The notes beneath the pieces are model-generated. The model searched no databases and was not told the origin of the DNA. It saw only the letters and a list, made by a program, of their open reading frames with translations. The position numbers and the translations under genes were made by a program. Below, in pieces: positions 48,358 to 60,179 of a DNA stretch of 64,000 nucleotides (positions are counted from its first letter, which is position 1; the number at the start of each line of letters is the position of its first letter). Source of the DNA: Shigella phage Sfk20; the sequence record MW341595. One strand, given 5' to 3'.

Positions 48358-48852
48358 ATGGAAGGTTCTTCTATCGACGTCACCTTTACCGCTCAATTAG
48401 AAACAGGTGAAACGTTAGTATCTATAAATATAACTAGTTACGAAGAAACTCCTGGGGTTTTAGTAGAAGAAAATCGTTTATATGGAACGTATGAATCTGT
48501 ATTTGGATTTGGAAATGATGCGTTGAAATATCGTTTAGATAATGAATTTAAAACTGCTGCTTCATGGGAAGACCTTCCAACTGATTCTAATACTCAGTTA
48601 TATTTATGGAAAGCTCCTCAAAACCTCCAGAAGACATTCACTTACGAAGTAACATTAATATATGACTATCAAGAACAAGGTGAATCTGGAGGTTCTGGCA
48701 GTAATTCTAGGTCATCTTCTGATACTACTGAACCAACGAATCCTCCAGCTCCAATAAGAAAAACTCTTGTTAAAAATTACACAAAAACTATAGTTGGAAA
48801 TTGGAGTCGTTGGGCTAATAAATTGAGAAGCTACGTGTATGAGAGGCCATAA
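48358..48852 (+). CDS. 5.1: hypothetical protein (T4 5.1 position)
   Basis: Chosen start ATG 48358 preceded by GGAG; track ORF begins at 48295 overlapping gene 5. Confidence 0.6.
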
Positions 48853-49146
48853 ATGTCAGGATTAAGTTATGATAAGTGTGTTACTGCCGGCCATGAAGCA
48901 TGGCCTCCAACAGTTGTGAATGCTACACAAAGTAAAGTATTCACTGGAGGAATTGCTGTTCTCGTAGCAGGTGATCCAATTACAGAACACACAGAAATTA
49001 AAAAGCCATATGAAACACATGGCGGAGTGACACAACCTAGAACTTCTAAGGTATATGTCACTGGAAAGAAAGCTGTTCAAATGGCTGATCCAATATCATG
49101 CGGTGATACAGTGGCTCAGGCATCATCTAAAGTATTCATTAAATAG
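48853..49146 (+). CDS. 5.4: PAAR-repeat spike tip protein gp5.4
   Basis: 97 aa with PAAR-type motifs ([26 protein letters not shown]). Confidence 0.85.
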
Positions 49147-49154
49147 GATTTAAA

Positions 49155-51137
49155 ATGGCAAATACCCCTGTAAATTATCAATTAACAAGAACAGCAAATG
49201 CTATTCCCGAGATATTCGTCGGGGGTACATTTGCTGAAATAAAACAAAACCTCATTGAATGGCTTAATGGTCAAAATGAATTTTTGGATTATGATTTTGA
49301 AGGCTCAAGATTAAACGTTCTGTGCGACCTTTTGGCTTATAATACATTATACATTCAGCAGTTTGGTAATGCTGCCTTGTATGAAAGCTTTATGCGTACT
49401 GCTAATTTGCGTAGTTCAGTAGTTCAAGCTGCACAAGATAATGGATATTTACCTACTTCAAAATCAGCTGCTCAAACTGAAATTATGCTAACTTGCACAG
49501 ACGCATTGAATAGAAATTACATTACTATTCCTCGTGGTACTCGCTTTTTAGCATATGCAAAAGATACTTCCGTTAATCCTTACAACTTTGTATCTACCGA
49601 AGATGTTATTGCTATTCGCGATAAAAATAACCAATATTTTCCACGTTTAAAATTAGCCCAGGGGCGTATAGTAAGAACTGAAATCATTTATGATAAATTA
49701 ACACCTATTATCATTTATGACAAAAATATAGATAGAAACCAAGTTAAACTATACGTTGATGGAGCAGAATGGATTAACTGGACAAGAAAGTCAATGGTTC
49801 ATGCTGGTTCTACATCAACAATTTACTACATGCGTGAAACTATTGATGGAAATACTGAGTTTTATTTTGGTGAAGGTGAGATTTCTGTTAATGCGGCAGA
49901 AGGAGCATTGACTGCTAATTATATTGGAGGTCTTAAACCTACCCAGAACTCTACGATTGTTATTGAGTACATCAGTACTAACGGTGCAGATGCGAATGGC
50001 GCAGTCGGATTTTCATATGCAGATACATTAACAAATATAACTGTCATCAATATTAATGAAAATCCAAACGATGACCCAGATTTTGTTGGGGCAGATGGCG
50101 GCGGCGATCCAGAAGATATTGAACGTATTCGCGAATTGGGTACTATTAAACGCGAAACCCAGCAACGCTGCGTAACTGCGACTGACTATGATACATTCGT
50201 TTCAGAGAGATTTGGTTCTATTATTCAAGCAGTTCAGACTTTCACTGATTCTACTAAACCTGGTTATGCATTTATTGCTGCTAAACCTAAATCAGGATTG
50301 TATTTAACTACCGTACAGCGTGAAGATATTAAAAATTATCTCAAAGACTATAATTTAGCTCCTATTACACCATCAATTATTTCTCCTAATTATCTTTTTA
50401 TTAAGACTAATTTAAAGGCCACATATGCTTTAAATAAGCTACAAGAATCTGAGCAGTGGCTCGAAGGTCAAATAATTGATAAAATTGATCGTTATTATAC
50501 CGAAGATGTAGAAATTTTTAACTCATCTTTCGCTAAATCTAAGATGTTGACATATGTAGATGATGCAGATCATTCTATCATTGGCTCATCAGCGACAATT
50601 CAAATTGTTCGTGAAGTACAAAACTTCTATAAAACGCCTGAAGCAGGTATTAAATACAATAATCAAATAAAAGATCGTTCTATGGAATCTAATACGTTTT
50701 CATTTAATTCTGGACGAAAGGTTGTAAATCCTGATACTGGTTTAGAAGAAGATGTATTATATGACGTTCGCATAGTATCAACAGACCGAGATTCTAAAGG
50801 AATTGGTAAAGTTATTATTGGTCCATTTGCTTCTGGCGATGTTACAGAAAATGAAAACATTCAGCCATATTCAGGCAACGATTTTAACAAATTAGCAAAT
50901 TCTGATGGACGCGACAAATACTATGTTATCGGTGAAATAAATTATCCAGCTGATGTGATTTATTGGAATATCGCTAAAATTAATTTAACATCTGAAAAAT
51001 TTGAAGTTCAGACTATTGAATTATATTCTGACCCAACCGATGATGTTATCTTTACTCGCGATGGTTCGCTGATTGTATTTGAAAATGACTTACGTCCACA
51101 ATACTTAACTATCGATTTGGAGCCTATATCACAATGA
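49155..51137 (+). CDS. 6: baseplate wedge protein gp6
   Basis: 660 aa; position and length as T4 gp6. Confidence 0.93.
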   Translation: MANTPVNYQLTRTANAIPEIFVGGTFAEIKQNLIEWLNGQNEFLDYDFEGSRLNVLCDLLAYNTLYIQQFGNAALYESFMRTANLRSSVVQAAQDNGYLPTSKSAAQTEIMLTCTDALNRNYITIPRGTRFLAYAKDTSVNPYNFVSTEDVIAIRDKNNQYFPRLKLAQGRIVRTEIIYDKLTPIIIYDKNIDRNQVKLYVDGAEWINWTRKSMVHAGSTSTIYYMRETIDGNTEFYFGEGEISVNAAEGALTANYIGGLKPTQNSTIVIEYISTNGADANGAVGFSYADTLTNITVININENPNDDPDFVGADGGGDPEDIERIRELGTIKRETQQRCVTATDYDTFVSERFGSIIQAVQTFTDSTKPGYAFIAAKPKSGLYLTTVQREDIKNYLKDYNLAPITPSIISPNYLFIKTNLKATYALNKLQESEQWLEGQIIDKIDRYYTEDVEIFNSSFAKSKMLTYVDDADHSIIGSSATIQIVREVQNFYKTPEAGIKYNNQIKDRSMESNTFSFNSGRKVVNPDTGLEEDVLYDVRIVSTDRDSKGIGKVIIGPFASGDVTENENIQPYSGNDFNKLANSDGRDKYYVIGEINYPADVIYWNIAKINLTSEKFEVQTIELYSDPTDDVIFTRDGSLIVFENDLRPQYLTIDLEPISQ

Positions 51138-54100
51138 CAGTAAAAGCACCTTCAGTCACTAGTCTCAGAATTTCCAAGTTATCCGCAAATCAGGTGCAAG
51201 TACGCTGGGATGACGTTGGTGCTAATTTCTACTATTTTGTAGAAATCGCTGAGACAAAAACAAACTCGGGGGAAAATCTCCCGAGTAATCAATACAGATG
51301 GATTAACTTAGGATATACTGCAAATAACAGCTTCTTTTTTGATGATGCTGACCCATTGACATCATACATTATTAGAGTGGCTACAGCTGCACAAGATTTT
51401 GAGCAGTCTGATTGGATTTATACCGAAGAGTTTGAAACTTTTGCTACAAATGCTTATACATTTCAAAACATGATTGAAATGCAATTAGCTAATAAATTCA
51501 TTCAGGAAAAATTTACTCTTAATAATTCTAACTATGTTAATTTTAATAATGACACTATAGTGGCTGCATTGATGAATGAATCATTCCAATTTAGCCCATC
51601 ATATGTTGACGTTTCATCAATAAGTAATTTTATTATTGGTGAAAATGAGTATCATGAAATACAGGGTTCTATTCAGCAAGTATGTAAGGATATTAACCGA
51701 GTTTATTTGATGGAATCAGAAGGGGTTCTATATCTTTTTGAGCGCTATCAGCCTGTAGTTAAAGTATCCAATGATAAAGGACAAACCTGGAAAGCTGTAA
51801 AGCTCTTCAATGACCGTGTAGGATATCCTTTATCTAAGACAGTATATTACCAATCTGCAAACACAACATACGTTCTAGGATACGACAAGATTTTCTATGG
51901 CCGCAAATCTACTGATGTCAGATGGTCAGCTGACGATGTCAGATTTAGTTCGCAGGATATAACATTCGCTAAACTTGGCGATCAATTACATTTAGGATTT
52001 GATGTAGAAATTTTTGCCACTTACGCGACTTTACCAGCGAATGTATATCGCATTGCAGAAGCTATTACTTGCACCGATGATTACATTTACGTTGTCGCCA
52101 GAGACAAAGTTAGATACATAAAAACGAGTAATGCACCTATAGATTCTGATCCATTATCTCCAACATATTCGGAAAGGCTTTTTGAACCTGATACTATGAC
52201 TATAACTGGAAATCCTAAAGCAGTATGCTATAAAATGGATTCTATCGGTGATAAAGTTTTTGCTCTTATTATTGGCGAAGTTGAAACATTAAATGCTAAT
52301 CCTAGAACATCAAAAATAATTGATTCTGCTGATAAAGGAATATATGTTTTAAATCATGACACAAAAACATGGAAAAGAGTTTTTGGCAACACTGAAGAAG
52401 AAAGAAGACGTATTCAACCAGGGTATGCGAATATGTCAACTGACGGTAAATTAGTTTCGCTATCTTCGAGTAATTTTAAATTTTTAAGTGATAATATTGT
52501 TAATGACCCTGAAACTGCATCAAAATACCAGTTAATCGGTGCCGTTAAATATGAATTTCCTCGTGAATGGTTAGCTGATAAGCATTATCATATGATGGCA
52601 TTTATAGCAGATGAAAAATCTGATTGGGAAACTTTTACGCCTCAGCCAATGAAATACTATGCAGAACCATTCTTTAATTGGTCTAAAAAATCTAACACAC
52701 GATGTTGGATAAACAACTCTGATAGAGTTGTAGTAGTTTATGCTGATTTAAAATACACTAAAGTTATTGAAAATTTTCCAGAAACATCTCCAGATAGATT
52801 AGTTCATGAATACTGGGATGACGGCGATTGCACTATAGTAATGCCAAATGTTAAATTCACTGGATTTAAAAAATATGCATCTGGGATGCTTTTTTATAAA
52901 TCCTCCGGTGAAATAATTTCTTACTATGATTTTAATTATCGTGTTAGAGATACAGTAGAAATTATTTGGAAGCCAACTGGAGTATTTTTAAAGGCATTTT
53001 TACAAAACCAAGAACATGAAACTCCTTGGTCGCCTGAAGAAGAGCGTGGATTAGCTGACCCTGATTTAAGACCATTAATTGGCACAATGATGCCTGATTC
53101 TTATTTGTTGCAGGATTCGAATTTTGAAGCATTTTGCGAAGCATATATTCAATATCTTTCTGATGGATATGGAACTCAGTATAACAATTTACGAAATTTA
53201 ATTCGTAACAAATATCCACGAGAAGAGCATGCATGGGAATATTTGTGGTCAGAGATATATAAAAGAAACATTTATTTAAATGCTGACAAACGTGATGCTG
53301 TCGCAAGATTTTTCGAATCACGCAGCTATGATTTTTATTCTACTAAAGGAATTGAAGCATCATACAAATTTCTTTTTAAAGTTCTTTATAATGAAGAAGT
53401 TGAAATTGAAATCGAATCTGGGGCTGGTACTGAATATGATATAATCGTTCAATCTGATTCTTTGACCGAAGACTTAGTAGGACAAACGATTTATACAGCT
53501 ACAGGAAGATGTAATGTTACTTATATAGAAAGAAGCTATTCTAATGGTAAATTGCAATGGACCGTAACTATTCATAATCTTTTGGGAAGATTAATTGCTG
53601 GTCAAGAAGTTAAAGCAGAAAGACTTCCTAGTTTTGAAGGCGAAATTATTCGTGGAGTTAAAGGAAAAGATTTGCTTCAAAATAATATAGACTATATTAA
53701 TAGAAGTAGATCATATTATGTAATGAAAATTAAATCCAATTTACCTTCTTCCCGCTGGAAATCTGACGTTATTCGTTTTGTTCATCCAGTAGGATTTGGA
53801 TTTATAGCAATTACCCTTTTAACAATGTTTATTAATGTTGGTTTAACTCTTAAACATACAGAGACTATAATTAATAAATACAAAAACTATAAATGGGATT
53901 CTGGATTGCCTACTGAATATGCTGATAGAGTAGCCAAATTGACTCCAACCGGTGAAATTGAGCATGATTCAGTAACAGGCGAAGCAATTTATGAACCTGG
54001 CCCAATGGCTGGTGTAGAATATCCTCTTCCTGATGACTATAATGCTGAAAATAACAATTCAATATTTCAAGGTCAATTGCCGTCTGAACGACGCAAATTA

Positions 54101-54232
54101 ATGAGTCCTCTATTTGACGCATCTGGAACAACGTTTGCGCAATTTAGAGATTTAGTTAATAAACGTCTAAAAGATAATATAGGAAATCCAAGAGACCCTG
54201 AAAATCCAACACAGGTTAAAATAGATGAATGA
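51134..54232 (+). CDS. 7: baseplate wedge protein gp7
   Basis: 1032 aa; 4-nt overlap with gene 6. Confidence 0.93.
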   Translation: MTVKAPSVTSLRISKLSANQVQVRWDDVGANFYYFVEIAETKTNSGENLPSNQYRWINLGYTANNSFFFDDADPLTSYIIRVATAAQDFEQSDWIYTEEFETFATNAYTFQNMIEMQLANKFIQEKFTLNNSNYVNFNNDTIVAALMNESFQFSPSYVDVSSISNFIIGENEYHEIQGSIQQVCKDINRVYLMESEGVLYLFERYQPVVKVSNDKGQTWKAVKLFNDRVGYPLSKTVYYQSANTTYVLGYDKIFYGRKSTDVRWSADDVRFSSQDITFAKLGDQLHLGFDVEIFATYATLPANVYRIAEAITCTDDYIYVVARDKVRYIKTSNAPIDSDPLSPTYSERLFEPDTMTITGNPKAVCYKMDSIGDKVFALIIGEVETLNANPRTSKIIDSADKGIYVLNHDTKTWKRVFGNTEEERRRIQPGYANMSTDGKLVSLSSSNFKFLSDNIVNDPETASKYQLIGAVKYEFPREWLADKHYHMMAFIADEKSDWETFTPQPMKYYAEPFFNWSKKSNTRCWINNSDRVVVVYADLKYTKVIENFPETSPDRLVHEYWDDGDCTIVMPNVKFTGFKKYASGMLFYKSSGEIISYYDFNYRVRDTVEIIWKPTGVFLKAFLQNQEHETPWSPEEERGLADPDLRPLIGTMMPDSYLLQDSNFEAFCEAYIQYLSDGYGTQYNNLRNLIRNKYPREEHAWEYLWSEIYKRNIYLNADKRDAVARFFESRSYDFYSTKGIEASYKFLFKVLYNEEVEIEIESGAGTEYDIIVQSDSLTEDLVGQTIYTATGRCNVTYIERSYSNGKLQWTVTIHNLLGRLIAGQEVKAERLPSFEGEIIRGVKGKDLLQNNIDYINRSRSYYVMKIKSNLPSSRWKSDVIRFVHPVGFGFIAITLLTMFINVGLTLKHTETIINKYKNYKWDSGLPTEYADRVAKLTPTGEIEHDSVTGEAIYEPGPMAGVEYPLPDDYNAENNNSIFQGQLPSERRKLMSPLFDASGTTFAQFRDLVNKRLKDNIGNPRDPENPTQVKIDE

Positions 54233-55229
54233 TTCAAGTGTTATCTATCGTGCGATAGTTACTTCAAAATTTAGAACAGAAAAAATGTTGAATTTTTATA
54301 ATTCAATTGGAAGTGGTCCGGATAAAAACACTATCTTTATCACATTTGGAAGATCAGAACCGTGGTCATCAAATGAAAATGAGGTGGGCTTTGCTCCACC
54401 TTATCCAACTGATTCTGTATTAGGTGTAACTGACATGTGGACTCATATGATGGGAACTGTAAAGGTTCTTCCGTCTATGCTTGATGCAGTTATTCCTCGT
54501 AGAGATTGGGGAGATACTAGATATCCGGATCCATACACATTTAGAATTAACGATATTGTAGTGTGTAACTCAGCTCCTTACAATGCTACTGAATCAGGCG
54601 CAGGCTGGTTAGTATATCGTTGTTTAGATGTTCCTGATACCGGAACGTGTTCAATAGCATCTTTAACTAATAAGGATGAATGTCTTAAGTTAGGTGGAAA
54701 ATGGACTCCTTCTGTTAGGTCAATGACTCCTCCTGAAGGTCGAGGAGACGCTGAAGGAACAATCGAACCCGGCGACGGTTATGTTTGGGAATATCTTTTT
54801 GAGATTCCGCCTGATGTATCTATAAATAGATGCACGAATGAATATATCGTAGTTCCTTGGCCTGAGGAATTAAAAGAAGACCCTGCTAGATGGGGGTATG
54901 AAGATAATCTCACTTGGCAACAAGATGATTTTGGATTAATTTATCGCGTTAAGGCAAATACTATCCGTTTTAAAGCATATTTAGATTCAGTTTACTTTCC
55001 TGATGCTGCATTACCGGGAAATAAAGGATTTAGACAAATATCAATAATCACGAATCCTCTTGAAGCTAAAGTTCATCCAAATGACCCAAACGTTAAAGCT
55101 GAAAAGGATTATTATGATCCGGAAGATTTAATGAGGCATTCGGGCGAAATGATTTATATGGAAAATAGGCCACCTATTATCATGGCAATGGATCAAACAG
55201 AAGAAATCAATATTCTGTTTACATTTTAA
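54225..55229 (+). CDS. 8: baseplate wedge protein gp8
   Basis: 334 aa; followed by plus-strand terminator hairpin. Confidence 0.93.
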   Translation: MNDSSVIYRAIVTSKFRTEKMLNFYNSIGSGPDKNTIFITFGRSEPWSSNENEVGFAPPYPTDSVLGVTDMWTHMMGTVKVLPSMLDAVIPRRDWGDTRYPDPYTFRINDIVVCNSAPYNATESGAGWLVYRCLDVPDTGTCSIASLTNKDECLKLGGKWTPSVRSMTPPEGRGDAEGTIEPGDGYVWEYLFEIPPDVSINRCTNEYIVVPWPEELKEDPARWGYEDNLTWQQDDFGLIYRVKANTIRFKAYLDSVYFPDAALPGNKGFRQISIITNPLEAKVHPNDPNVKAEKDYYDPEDLMRHSGEMIYMENRPPIIMAMDQTEEINILFTF

Positions 55230-55234
55230 CTTAA

Positions 55235-55259
55235 GGGAGCCCATGGGCTCCCTTTTTCT
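55235..55259 (+). terminator. rho-independent terminator after gene 8
   Basis: GGGAGCCC-AU-GGGCUCCC followed by UUUUUCUUU. Confidence 0.7.
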
Positions 55260-55260
55260 T

Positions 55261-55268
55261 TATAAATA
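55261..55268 (+). promoter_or_regulatory. late promoter (TATAAATA) for gene 9
   Basis: Exact TATAAATA 24 nt upstream of gene 9 ATG, immediately after gene 8 terminator. Confidence 0.7.
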
Positions 55269-55292
55269 CTATAAACTCATAAGGAAACCGCT

Positions 55293-56159
55293 ATGTTCAT
55301 TCAAGAACCAAAGAAATTGATTGATACCGGCGAAATTGGTAACGCTTCTACTGGTGATATCTTATTCGACGGTGGTAATAAAATTAATAGTGATTTTAAC
55401 GCAATTTATAATGCGTTTGGCGATCAACGTAAAATGGCAGTAGCAAATGGCACTGGAGCAGATGGCCAAATTATTCATGCTACTGGATATTATCAAAAAC
55501 ACTCTATTGCAGAGTACGCAACTCCAGTAAAAGTTGGCACTAGACATGATATTGATACCTCTACTGTAGGTGTTAAAGTTATCATTGAAAGAGGCGAACT
55601 TGGTGACTGCGTTGAATTTATTAACTCAAATGGATCTATATCAGTTACTAATCCTTTAACGATTCAAGCAATTGATTCAATTAAAGGTGTTTCAGGCAAT
55701 TTAGTAGTAACTAGCCCATATAGTAAAGTAACTTTACGCTGTATTTCATCTGATAATTCTACATCGGTTTGGAATTATTCTATTGAAAGTATGTTTGGAC
55801 AAAAGGAATCACCAGCTGAAGGTACATGGAATATTTCTACATCCGGATCAGTTGATATTCCATTATTTCATCGTACTGAATACAATATGGCTAAATTGCT
55901 AGTTACATGCCAGTCAGTAGATGGAAGAAAAATTAAAACAGCAGAAATAAATATTCTTGTGGATACTGTTAATTCAGAGGTAATTTCTTCTGAATATGCT
56001 GTCATGCGGGTTGGAAATGAAACCGAAGAAGACGAAATCGCTAATATTGCATTTAGTATTAAAGAAAATTATGTAATGGCGACTATAAGTTCTTCTATTG
56101 TTGGCATGAGAGCAGCAGTTAAAGTTATCGCTACGCAGAAAATCGGGGTGGCTCAATAA
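55293..56159 (+). CDS. 9: baseplate wedge / long tail fibre socket protein gp9
   Basis: 288 aa; TATAAATA late promoter 24 nt upstream. Confidence 0.93.
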   Translation: MFIQEPKKLIDTGEIGNASTGDILFDGGNKINSDFNAIYNAFGDQRKMAVANGTGADGQIIHATGYYQKHSIAEYATPVKVGTRHDIDTSTVGVKVIIERGELGDCVEFINSNGSISVTNPLTIQAIDSIKGVSGNLVVTSPYSKVTLRCISSDNSTSVWNYSIESMFGQKESPAEGTWNISTSGSVDIPLFHRTEYNMAKLLVTCQSVDGRKIKTAEINILVDTVNSEVISSEYAVMRVGNETEEDEIANIAFSIKENYVMATISSSIVGMRAAVKVIATQKIGVAQ

Positions 56160-57964
56160 TGAAACAAAATATTAATATCGGTAATGTTGTAGATGATGGT
56201 ACCGGTGACTACCTGCGTAAAGGTGGTATAAAAATAAATGAAAACTTTGATGAGCTTTATTATGAACTTGGTGATGGGAATGTTCCATATTCAGCCGGTG
56301 CCTGGAAAACTTATAATGCTTCATCTGGGCAAACACTAACGGCAGAATGGGGAAAATCATACGCTATTAATACTTCGTCTGGGAGAGTAACACTACAACT
56401 TCCTAAAGGAACTGTTAATGATTACAACAAGGTAATTAGAGCTAGAGACGTATTCGCTACATGGAACATCAATCCAGTTACTTTAGTAGCTGCTTCTGGT
56501 GATACGATTAAAGGATCGTCATCATCTGTTGAAATTAATATTCAATTTAGTGATTTGGAGCTAGTTTATTGTGCTCCAGGACGTTGGGAATATGTCAAAA
56601 ATAAGCAAATTGACAAAATTATCAGTTCAGACATTAGTAATGTAGCTCGTAAAGAATTTTTAGTTGAAGTTCAAGGACAAACTGACTTTTTAGATATTTT
56701 CCGTGGAACTAGTTATAATGTCAATAACATCAGAGTAAAACATCGTGGTAACGAATTGTATTACGGCGATGTATTTAGCGAAAACAGTGACTTTGGTTCT
56801 CCAGGGGAAAATGAAGGAGAATTAATTCCTCTAGATGGATTTAATATTAGGCTAAGACAGCCTTGTAATATTGGTGATACTGTTCAAATTGAAACATTTA
56901 TGGATGGTGTATCACAATGGAGAAGTTCATATACAAGACGCCAAATAAAAGTATTAGATTCAAAACTAACATCAAAGACTTCTTTAGAAGGAAGCATTTA
57001 TGTTACTGATTTATCGGCGATGAAATCAATTCCATTCTCCGCATTTGGATTAATTCCTGGCGAACCCATTAATCCTAATTCTCTTGAGGTTCGTTTTAAT
57101 GGAATTTTACAGCAGCAGGCTGGAACAGCTGGATATCCTCTGTTTTTGTGCGAAGGCGCTAATTCAGATACGCAAGAAGGATGTATATCTCTTGGCGGCG
57201 AATGGAAAGAATCAAACACCGATTATTCTATAGAATATGAAGACGGAAAACCTATCAGTCTTTTATTTGATAGAAAATTTGAATCCGGTGACATTATCGT
57301 TATAACATGGTTCAATAATGATTTAGGAACTCTTTTAGAAAAAGATGACATCATTGAATTGACTGATGACCGTTATGTTAGTAAAGGATCATCTACTGAA
57401 GTTACTGGTGATGTGGCCTTAACAGATTTTGATAAAATCGGTTGGCCAAATGTTGAAAAAGTTGATTCTTATACTAGAACGTATAATTCAATGTCATCTA
57501 TTTTCGACAGCATTTATCCTGTTGGTTCAATTTATGAAAATGCTATAAACCCAAATAATCCGGTGACTTATATGGGATTTGGTTCATGGAAATTATTTGG
57601 TAAAGGACAAGTTTTAGTAGGATGGAATGATGATGTTACGGATCCAAACTTTGCTTTAAACAATAATGATTTAGATTCTAGCGGAAATCCTTCACATACG
57701 GCAGGTGGAACGGTTGGAACAACATCAGTAACGCTTGAAAACGCAAATCTTCCTGCAACTAAAACCGACGAAAGAGTTTTAATTGAAGACGAAAATGGAT
57801 CGGTTATTATTGGAGGTTGTCAATATGACCCAGATGAAACTGGTCCTATATATACAAAATATCGTGAAGACTATGCAACAACAAACTCTTCACATACTCC
57901 TCCTGCTAATATTAGTAATATTCAACCGTCTATTACTGTATACCGTTGGATAAGGATTGCATAA
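56159..57964 (+). CDS. 10: baseplate wedge protein gp10
   Basis: 601 aa. Confidence 0.93.
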   Translation: MKQNINIGNVVDDGTGDYLRKGGIKINENFDELYYELGDGNVPYSAGAWKTYNASSGQTLTAEWGKSYAINTSSGRVTLQLPKGTVNDYNKVIRARDVFATWNINPVTLVAASGDTIKGSSSSVEINIQFSDLELVYCAPGRWEYVKNKQIDKIISSDISNVARKEFLVEVQGQTDFLDIFRGTSYNVNNIRVKHRGNELYYGDVFSENSDFGSPGENEGELIPLDGFNIRLRQPCNIGDTVQIETFMDGVSQWRSSYTRRQIKVLDSKLTSKTSLEGSIYVTDLSAMKSIPFSAFGLIPGEPINPNSLEVRFNGILQQQAGTAGYPLFLCEGANSDTQEGCISLGGEWKESNTDYSIEYEDGKPISLLFDRKFESGDIIVITWFNNDLGTLLEKDDIIELTDDRYVSKGSSTEVTGDVALTDFDKIGWPNVEKVDSYTRTYNSMSSIFDSIYPVGSIYENAINPNNPVTYMGFGSWKLFGKGQVLVGWNDDVTDPNFALNNNDLDSSGNPSHTAGGTVGTTSVTLENANLPATKTDERVLIEDENGSVIIGGCQYDPDETGPIYTKYREDYATTNSSHTPPANISNIQPSITVYRWIRIA

Positions 57965-58623
57965 TGAGTTTACTTAATAATAAAGCGGGAGTCATTTCCC
58001 GCTTAGCAGATTTTCTCGGTTTTAGAACTAAGAAAAATGATATTTCGGTTATGAATAATCAACCGGTAGGCGCTGTAACAATATCACAAATAGCAAAAGG
58101 TTTTTATGACCCAAATGTCGAATCAGCTATTAATGATGTTAGAAATATGGCAGAGCAACAGGTTGGAGCTGTATTAGTTAATATAAGCGGCGTATCTCCT
58201 ACTGGCGTGCAGCAAACAGACTATTGGTCATTTGAAGGAACTGTTACTGATACTTCAGCCAAACCAGGTGACCCAGTTATTGTTAACATGTTTGGCATTC
58301 CTGTTAAAGCTACTAATGGAATGACTTCAATCGAATTCACGAGTGCCGTTAGAACAGCTCTACAGGAAATGGTTGCAAAATTTATTGCAATTGATTCATT
58401 TGAAGACCATCCTACTATAGGAAATAAAATACAAGTTAAGTATTTAGATAACCAAGAACATATCTTAGAACAATACTCTGATAAAGGAATTACTTTCAAA
58501 CAAGAAATAATTTCTCCTTCTAAACCTGGGTATGGAACTTGGCAATTATTAGGTGCGCAAACTGTTACGCTAGATAGTCACACACAACCTACAGTATTTT
58601 ATTATTTTGAGAGAATAGCATGA
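57964..58623 (+). CDS. 11: baseplate wedge protein gp11 (short tail fibre connector)
   Basis: 219 aa from ATG 57964 overlapping gene 10 stop (TAATG); [20 protein letters not shown]. Confidence 0.93.
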   Translation: MSLLNNKAGVISRLADFLGFRTKKNDISVMNNQPVGAVTISQIAKGFYDPNVESAINDVRNMAEQQVGAVLVNISGVSPTGVQQTDYWSFEGTVTDTSAKPGDPVIVNMFGIPVKATNGMTSIEFTSAVRTALQEMVAKFIAIDSFEDHPTIGNKIQVKYLDNQEHILEQYSDKGITFKQEIISPSKPGYGTWQLLGAQTVTLDSHTQPTVFYYFERIA

Positions 58624-60170
58624 GTAACAATACATATCAGCACGTATCAAATGAATCAAAATATGTTAAATTCGATCCTACTGGATCGAATTTTCCTGAC
58701 ACTGTCACGACAGTGCAGTCTGCATTATCAAAAATAAGTAATATCGGCGTAAATGGTATTCCTGATGCAACTATGGAAGTTAAAGGAATAGCAATGATTG
58801 CGTCAGAGCAAGAGGTTTTAGATGGAACTAATAATTCTAAAATCGTTACACCCGCTACATTAGCAACAAGATTATTGTATCCAAATGCTACTGAAACTAA
58901 ATATGGTTTAACGCGCTATTCAACAAATGAAGAAACATTAGAAGGCTCAGATAATAATTCATCAATAACGCCGCAAAAACTGAAATACCATACTGACGAT
59001 GTGTTCCAAAATAGATATTCGTCTGAGTCATCAAATGGAGTTATTAAAATATCATCTACACCTGCAGCTTTAGCTGGAGTTGATGATACTACGGCAATGA
59101 CTCCATTAAAAACGCAAAAACTTGCAATAAAATTAATTTCACAAATAGCTCCTTCCGAAGATACTGCATCAGAATCTGTGAGAGGTGTAGTTCAATTATC
59201 TACTGTTGCGCAAACTCGTCAAGGAACTCTCCGCGAAGGATATGCAATTTCTCCGTATACCTTTATGAATTCTGTTGCAACACAAGAATATAAGGGTGTT
59301 ATACGTTTAGGAACACAATCGGAAATTAACAGTAATTTAGGAGATGTTGCAGTAACAGGCGAAACATTAAATGGTCGAGGAGCTACTGGTTCTATGCGCG
59401 GTGTAGTAAAATTAACGACGCAAGCCGGTATTGCCCCCGAGGGTGATGGCTCTGGAGCATTAGCATGGAACGCAGATGTAATTAATACACGCGGTGGACA
59501 AACTATTAATGGTTCTTTAAATTTAGACCATCTTACAGCAAATGGAATTTGGTCGCGCGGCGGTATGTGGAAAAATGGTGATCAACCTGTTGCCACTGAA
59601 AGATATGCGTCTGAAAGGGTTCCAGTTGGAACTATTATGATGTTTGCGGGTGATTCTGCACCTCCAGGTTGGATTATGTGCCATGGTGGAACCGTGTCAG
59701 GAGATCAATATCCTGATTATAGAAACACAGTTGGAACAAGATTTGGTGGTGATTGGAATAACCCTGGCATTCCTGATATGCGAGGTCTTTTCGTCAGAGG
59801 AGCTGGCACAGGAGGTCATATTTTAAATCAACGAGGACAAGATGGTTATGGAAAGGATAGACTTGGCGTAGGATGTGACGGAATGCATGTTGGCGGTGTT
59901 CAAGCACAACAAATGTCATACCATAAACATGCTGGTGGCTGGGGAGAATACCAAAGACATGAAGCTCCATTTGGCGCGTCCGTTTATCAAGGATATCTTG
60001 GAACTAGAAAATATGCCGACTGGGATAACGCTTCATACTTCACTAATGATGGATTTGAATTAGGTGGACCGAGAGATGCCCTTGGTACACTTAATCGTGA
60101 AGGATTAATTGGTTATGAAACTAGACCATGGAATATATCATTAAACTATATTATTAAAATTCATTACTAA
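58620..60170 (+). CDS. 12: short tail fibre protein gp12
   Basis: 516 aa; [23 protein letters not shown]-terminus and C-terminal receptor-binding region resembling recalled T4 gp12. Confidence 0.93.
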   Translation: MSNNTYQHVSNESKYVKFDPTGSNFPDTVTTVQSALSKISNIGVNGIPDATMEVKGIAMIASEQEVLDGTNNSKIVTPATLATRLLYPNATETKYGLTRYSTNEETLEGSDNNSSITPQKLKYHTDDVFQNRYSSESSNGVIKISSTPAALAGVDDTTAMTPLKTQKLAIKLISQIAPSEDTASESVRGVVQLSTVAQTRQGTLREGYAISPYTFMNSVATQEYKGVIRLGTQSEINSNLGDVAVTGETLNGRGATGSMRGVVKLTTQAGIAPEGDGSGALAWNADVINTRGGQTINGSLNLDHLTANGIWSRGGMWKNGDQPVATERYASERVPVGTIMMFAGDSAPPGWIMCHGGTVSGDQYPDYRNTVGTRFGGDWNNPGIPDMRGLFVRGAGTGGHILNQRGQDGYGKDRLGVGCDGMHVGGVQAQQMSYHKHAGGWGEYQRHEAPFGASVYQGYLGTRKYADWDNASYFTNDGFELGGPRDALGTLNREGLIGYETRPWNISLNYIIKIHY

Positions 60171-60179
60171 GGATTACAA